A stretch of 64,000 nucleotides of DNA from Lingula anatina (lineage: Eukaryota > Animalia > Brachiopoda): contig CM120640.1 in NCBI GenBank assembly GCA_051362555.1, positions 50,260,788 to 50,324,787 of the forward strand, in the 5' to 3' direction. The position numbers and the translations under genes were made by a program. The notes beneath the pieces are model-generated. The model worked only from the letters and a program-made list of their open reading frames with translations, was not told the origin of the DNA and did no database searches. Positions 56,891-64,000 of the stretch are shown piece after piece. How positions within the stretch are numbered: the first letter of the stretch is position 1; every line of letters begins with the position of its first letter.

Positions 56891-59800
56891 ATGGCATCGG
56901 GAGATAGTGAAATACAGGATGTGACCTCAAACAGCGGTGACAAACAGCAGGAATGTGAAAAAGCAGAAAGTCCAAAACCAGGATGCAGCAAATATGATGA
57001 TACCCCTGTGGAGACACCAGAAGTCACAGCTAGGCCAGAGTCTCCAGAACCCAACTGCTCAATTTGTTTGTGTGCAATGACAAATAAGTCTTTTACAGAC
57101 ACATGTTTTCATACATTTTGTTTCATCTGTCTTTTGGAATGGTCAAAAGTGAATCCGGTGTGTCCGTTGTGTAAGAAAAAATTTGATAGCATCATTCATA
57201 CAGTGAAATCTATAGACCAGTATGAGCAGTATTACATACCACCACGTCCCCAGACACCATCTCCACCACCCCCTGATCTGAGCAGGTTGTGGGATTCAGC
57301 TGGGTTGAGGTTTAGGTAAGTAAAACATATTCAGAAATGTTAGCTTCCCATTTTCCTTGTATATCAGTAGTTGGTAATGCCAGAGACCGTGTGGAATTCT
57401 TTTGCATGTTCATCAAGCATTTTGCATCTGTCATTGTTGTCAAAAATACCCATTTTTACAACAAAACACCTGCATGGACATCAAAGGGTCCAACATTTCA
57501 CAGGAAATGATGGACCCACACACTTATCAGTTCATTTTTTGAGACTTGTCGAAATTGCAGTTTCCAAATGTTGGCAACTACATGTATTAGAATGCTTTCA
57601 CCACATATATTTAGTAGTCTCAAAATAAATTATTTGTTAATCATAAACTGTTGACTTGGTGAGTGAATTGATTTGTTTGTCATATCTTTCAGGTATGCAA
57701 GTACACTTGTAGATGATCCCTGGGGAGAGTATGATGATCACAGATACTGGCGTAGCAGGAGGCACGATGCTGTTATTGGCTTAGATCCTAGAGAACTCTT
57801 GGCTCAGAGGAGAGCTCATACTTTTCATGCAAGTCAGTACAGGAGCCGAAGATCCAGAGTTTCTTCAGCAACCTTGTATAGGAGAATGCGAGAACGTCAC
57901 ACCAGAGATTTTCGCCGGAGAATATACATGGAAGGCCTATGGGCAGTGCATCAAGACAATACAAGAAGATATAGGGACATTTCTCCTGAATTTTTTACAA
58001 GAAACCCTGCTCAAATTCACAGACTTGTTCCTTGGTTGAACAGGGAGCTGAATGCTATCTTATACAACCAAGAAGAAACTGTCAGCTTTGCCCTACAACT
58101 AGTGATGGAATTAACAAAAAGGTATGCCTACTCATTATTTACATCATGGTGCAGGGAATTTATGAAACATATGAAGTATTCCTATTCAAAACAACAAAAC
58201 AGTTGTTTATCCACACTCAAGGTCATTTTGTTTATTTCACACAACAAGTACTAAGAGAGATTGCATCAACATCCAAGTTTTTGCTGTGATAACCTGTACT
58301 GATGTCCTAACAACATGATTATTGCAGTAAGAAAAAGAAAACATTTCGTGACCTAAAAAAATTGTGCATTAACAAGAAGGACATGTAGAAAGAAAATTTT
58401 CTTTTCTAAAAAATTCAAATTTGTTGTTTCTGAGTTTGAATGACAATAGTATGATACAGACACGCTGCCATAAATTTATTGAAGATTTTATGTTAAATTA
58501 TGTAAACCATTTTTTTTAAATAGTTTTTAATTCCAACTACTTTTCTTGGTGTCAGTATTGCAAGAACAGATAATTTGTACTCAAAAGTTTCATTATATCA
58601 TTAATATAGAAATAGAATTTCAATGACTTTAGACTTTTAATGAATTTGGTTCAGTGTATGGAAAATGTCAAAATTGTATATTTGTTCTAAGAATGATGTG
58701 ATTTTTTCTTCAGTCAACAGCTAATATTGAGATAGGTTTTACCTCCAAAATTACATCATTCTTATAACTTAACACAGCTGATGAAATTCTTCTCTGACGT
58801 AAATTTGTTCTATTTTTATTTTTTAGATATGAGTTACAAAGTGATGAGATGCATCAACATTTGGAGTCCATTCTTGGCCTACATACCCGCCACTTTCTTC
58901 ATGAATATTACTGCTTTGCTAGATCACCTTTTGACATGACTGATTATGACACACATGCTGAGTATGAGCAAGTACTGAGTGTATCTGGTAGTGATCAGGA
59001 TTCTGATGAAGATCAACGCATGGGAAACACAGGAGTTGTTCAGCACCAGAGGAATGGAAGAGATGCATCTGGCTCGGAATCTTCTAGAGATAATTTGCGT
59101 GGTGCCAGGCGAAGAAAAAATTCCAGGGTCAGGAGGAATGCGGATGCTGGACAGGGTAGCAGTAATACTAGGTCTTCTAGAACCCACGGTATTAACAATG
59201 CTTCTGCCTTGTCCAGTATTGCATATAACCTTCCTTCCAACAGAACGCTAGGTGGTCAAGGTAGCTGGCAGTCAGATTTTAGAAATCCTGAACCAATAGC
59301 AGAAAGGAGAAATTCTTCTCCAGTAGACTTCACACCAGCCCCAATAGTCAGCAGAGTGCGTGATTTTTTGGAAGAAGTATCGGACCCCAATAATGCCAGC
59401 ACATCGCGTTCAGGTTGGGAATCTCCAGTGCTTAGCAGGACCACCATCTTTTCATCTCCACCAAGAGCTGAGAGCCCAGTTATTGACATTGTGTCCGTGA
59501 CTTCAACTCCAGAAAATAATCCTGAAGTACAAAATAATTCATCGTCTCCTGAATGTATTGATCAGAAATCCCCTGAATATATCAACCCAGGATCTCCTGA
59601 AACTATAGATCCTGGGTCTGCTGAAGACATTAAACCAGGAACTTCAGGGGTGTTAAACTTGAGTAAAGACGTGGAACATGTTTTGGCCTCTTCCAACACA
59701 CAAGATTCTGACAGTGACTCTGATGTGCAGTTTATTAAGTTTGAAAAACCTTGGGGTGAGCGCACACCTATCCATTTGTCATCTGGTCCAGACAGTGATA

Positions 59801-61776
59801 TAGAACTTTTGACAAAATCTTCACCTTTTCGTAAAAGAAAAAGGGAAAAAAATAGATCTCAAACTCGATCTAAGACTAGGTCTCGATCAAGAACAAGGAG
59901 AAGAGACAGGAGAAGCCAGACACCTCTACAATACAGACAAGGGAGATATAGAAGTAGTGACCGATCTGAGAGATATTTAAATAAATACTCTTCAAAGTCT
60001 AGAGAGCATACACAGCATAAACATAGTCATGACAGGTACAGATCAGTGTCTAGAACAAGAGATCGTTACCATTCAAAATTCAGGAAATCTAAGTCAAATT
60101 CCAATAAACCAGGAGAAATGGAAAAAGAAAAAACTGAAAAAAATACAAGGGACAGTCAAAAATATGAAAAACTTGGAAAAAGCACTAAGAGATCTGTAAC
60201 AGGAGAAAGTGAGAGACATGAGGATTACTTTAGGTTATCTAGGTATATGAGCCATAATTCATCAAGAAGACACTATGAAAAAAGGTTAAAGTCACCAAGT
60301 TATACATCCAAACACAAACATAAGAAAAAGAAAGACAAAAGGCACAGAAGTCGCAGTGTTGAGTTAGTCAAAGTGAAAAGAAAACACAAACATAGAAGTA
60401 GATCAAGAAAAAGTAAAAAATCCAAGAAAGATATTCACCGTGGTTACTCATATGATGAAAAATCGCCCATTCATATTGTGGAAGAGGTTCTACCTCTCTC
60501 CAAACACAAAGAAGTAACCAAGAAGTACAAGAAAAATCCAACTGGTCACAAAAGCAGCACTAAGAAACTGAGTAGTAAAGTTGTTCCAGTCAATGCAACC
60601 AGTAACATTGACACTGTGGCCATCACATCACCATCCTTAATCAGCACTAGCTCATTTGGTTCTCCTTTGGTAAGTGTGAGCACCAGCAGTGCTGGCTTCA
60701 GTTCTCCCTTGCCAAGTAACCAGAGTGGCAGTGAATGTATTCAATCACCAGTGGCACCAGTTGCTAATTGGGCAGGCGTCAGTGGTTCAGAGTGCACTCA
60801 ATCACCAATGGTGCAAAATAGGAATAGCAATGGGCTTCTATCTCATGCAAACAACTATGAAGATGATAATAAGAATAAAGGTCTCCATTCACCAATGATG
60901 TGGCACATGGACAGCACAAGCTTTAATTCTCCATCAGACAGCAACCAGCATGTTTCAGAATGTAGTCTTTCACCAGTGAAACAAAATGATCATGTAAGAT
61001 TTACTGCTCCTTCAGTCAAAAATCATAGTGACAGTGATAGTTTTTATTCATCAGTGACAAAGAAAACAAATAGTGTGGCATTAAGTTCTCCCTTGGTGAA
61101 CAACCATAATGATGAGCATATCCTGTCACCTGTGACACAAGATTATTCATCTGGTTTTGATGATATTACTGTTGACAATCTTAGTGATATCACTGTCACT
61201 GAAGCTGGAAGTTCATCAGAGATTCAAAATGGAAATAGCTCAAGCTTCAGACTGTCTTCAGTTGAAAACCATTGTGGTGGTGAAGGTGTCCATTCATCAG
61301 TGCTGCAGAATACAAATGCACGTTTCAGCTCTCCTTACTTTAGCCACCACAGTGTTGTTAATGCCTGTCACAAGGTACCAGAGGAACAGACCACAAACAA
61401 AACTGGCATCAGCTTCTTGCCATGTACATCAAACTGTAGAAGTGATGATGATTTCCTGTCAGTGTTGTTGGAGAATTCAGAAGTGACTAATTCTGGTCTA
61501 GACTCTGGTGGTACTGCCAGTTATGAAAGTGACTTTACAGGTGTAAATTTTAGTGAGTCTGTAGACAGTTTAACAAATGGTCAAAGCCAGTCAAATTCAG
61601 AACTCAAGAGCTTAAAAGGCCAGTCTGATGACACAGATGAGTTTGACATTAACCAGTTGTTACAAATAGGTTCAACAGACAATGCAGGTGCAACAAGAGA
61701 CGTGAGTGAAATTCCAAACCTGGATGAAATGGAAAAGCAGCTCAGAGAAAGCATCCAGTCTCGTGTATTCAAATAA
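56891..61776 (+). CDS. TOPORS: E3 ubiquitin/SUMO ligase Topors; exons 56891-57315, 57693-58121, 58827-61776
   Basis: C3HC4 RING (CSICL...CFHTFCFICLLEWSKVNPVCPLCK) and RFRYASTL. Also FRRRIY..GLW, RDISPEFF.RNPAQIHRLVPWLNREL, TRHFLHEYYCFARSPF, KPWGERTP, and an RS/K-rich region. Confidence 0.95.
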
Positions 61777-63034
61777 CTTTAGCAGCTTTTTATTGTCAGA
61801 TTTTATTACAAAGCTATGCATATGTACTGTGCCATATGACAATTGGGAAAACTTGCTTGAAGAGTGTAATATGTATACAGTCGGTATGTACCAGTAATTT
61901 GACTATTTCCTTTTTCCCCTTTTTTGCAAGAGTAGGATAATTATAGTAATAAACATAAGTCAACTGCTCTTGGATTAAATTAAGTATATTGCTCTTTGTC
62001 TAGTTTAGAAGTCTGAATTAAAAAATTTAACTATATTTTAATATTTAGTAGAACCCAAGTTCAATTGAATGCTGATATTTCTGGCCCTTCTGAACCAAAT
62101 ATATTGACTTTGCTTCACCTTGGAAGAATGGTACTGTACTCACAAAGAGAAACTTTCACTATGAATGTATATTCACAGATTTCTGCGGCTATTGTGTGCA
62201 CATTTCTGTACTTTTGCGTAGAAATGATGCCATCACCCACATGGTCTCTGGTAGAGAGAAGTGGAATTCTGATAGCTGCCACTATAATATATTTATGTTA
62301 TATTCAGATCATAAAAGGCAATTCCATTATAAAATGAAAAGAATGGTGTGTTTTAGAAATGTCACTTACTTTTTCAAACATTTGTTATTAATTTCAGACA
62401 TTAATTATATATTACAGTTAGGCTCAACCTCCAAAATATGTCTAGTGTGAGATTGCAATAAGGATTTGTAAGCCAAGGCTGCAAATATTTGTGATGAGAT
62501 ATGATCCTAAAATTGAGACATGGTGTTTGTACAATTTCTATATACTTTTCTAGAATTGTGTCATAGTGTTGATTTCATCACCAAATAACATTTCAGAAGT
62601 TGATTCTTAATTAAATAACCTTATTACTTTGGTAAACTGTGTGAACTAAAATCATATCACCTGTTCTCCAAATGTATGTTATTCATTAAAAAGAACTGTA
62701 ATCAAGTTGTTAAAGGATGGTTTCAGTTGTAAAAAGATTGATTTTAATCAATTAAAACTTCTGTTCCTAGTTAAAGTAAAGATCAGCCTCTGATTCAGTT
62801 TGATTGCATTTAAGTCTGGTAAATATATCATAATTCCCTTCAATATTTCCTACTACGGGAATCACTTTGGATATATCTTTTTGTGTCCCATCTTGTATGT
62901 AGTATATAAAAAAAATGTTTTATTGTCAAAAGAGTTTGGTCAATTGCACCAATAGCTTGATTGCCCAGGCTGTCTAAGGAAACTCCAGATCTCTACTAGA
63001 GTTAAATAATTGTAAAGGTCATTTAGTCTTCGGA

Positions 63035-63037
<3 letters not shown>

Positions 63038-63097
<60 letters not shown>
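63038..63097. repeat. (TA)n microsatellite; others at about 10980-11009 (TA), 31722-31764 (TA), 32893-32926 (CA), 44148-44193 (TAAA), 44489-44529 (TC)
   Basis: Direct inspection. Confidence 0.95.
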
Positions 63098-63100
<3 letters not shown>

Positions 63101-64000
63101 ATTTCTGAAAAACAAACTGGGATGTTATGATAGTTGCAAGATGTACTCTTACATTTGTGTATAACCTATTCAAGTGCAGGCGCTATTTTTATTATAGATA
63201 CATGAAACAATGTAACTCACATCTTAAGATGTCTGTCTGGATTTTGCAATTTAACTATTTATGCAGACATACTTATTTTGTATACTACAGATTGTTTGCG
63301 AGCTGGAAATCATTACCATTCAACTTTTTACATGTCAAGGTGAATCTATGTTGTTTAATACCTAAATTTTTCCAGAGGTTGGTGATATTATAGAAAAATA
63401 CAGCTTTCATATATTTTCATGCAGTCATTTTATTTCAAATTCATTACAATAAAAATATCTTATATATATATATGGTTTACAAGTTCTTAAAAAAAGAATA
63501 AACCATATCACAAACTATGTTTGATACCTCCGAAATCTTAAACTAAAACTTACTTATCATGCTCATTTACAGAAATATCCATACATCTTTACAACTGAGT
63601 TACAATGCAAGTCAAAAAGTTGAAGTTTTAGTCTATTCATATAAAAAGTAATATCTTAGTTTAATTCTGCATGTAAATTTTGTACAAAAACATAAATAAG
63701 GCAAATGTTATATTAATCTTACATATTTTATAGAATTTAACTGCTAGTATAGTCTGGACAAGTCTCGTTTTTACTTCAGTGCTTCTGAGACTTTAAGGTG
63801 CTCTGCTTGTGTCCCATTTATTAAAGGTTTGCATTGATATTATCTCTACAAGATACCAACAGTAACACGAATGTTTCTGAGATTGAAAAAAAAAAAACTT
63901 GAGTACTGGTTCACATTCAGATCTGCAACACCATGTCACACAACCAACAAAATTCATTCCATTCAACCACTTGGTTCTTCAAAGTCAATGATAAAGTATT

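Noticed and set aside
61777-64000. Short ORFs downstream of TOPORS
   Set aside because: AT-rich 3' UTR or intergenic sequence with no recognisable motifs or exon chain.

Overview
Intron-rich, AT-rich animal genomic DNA, probably a lophotrochozoan such as a mollusc (inferred from gene style, not provable here). In order, the window holds: the last two exons of a trypsin-like serine protease (+); a two-exon Shaw-type Kv channel with a degenerate S4 and S6 gate (+); a perfect 72-bp-arm hairpin; a 6.5-kb IS3EU-like DNA transposon (TAT..ATA ends, GAATTC target duplication) carrying a decayed multi-exon DDE transposase; and a six-exon gene for an MNNL/C2-DSL-mucin-TM Notch-ligand-like protein with no EGF repeats (-). 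After these come Wntless (-) head-to-head with SYCE2 (+), a Gln-rich vitellogenin-family gene (-), and ARMH1 (-) head-to-head with TOPORS (+). Also present are two U12-type introns, one GC-AG intron, LINE fragments, MITEs and microsatellites. The most unusual observations are the mucin-stalk Notch-ligand-like protein and the transposon whose two ends both carry a mirrored Cys/His-rich coding start. All exon models were built by hand and not checked against transcripts or databases.
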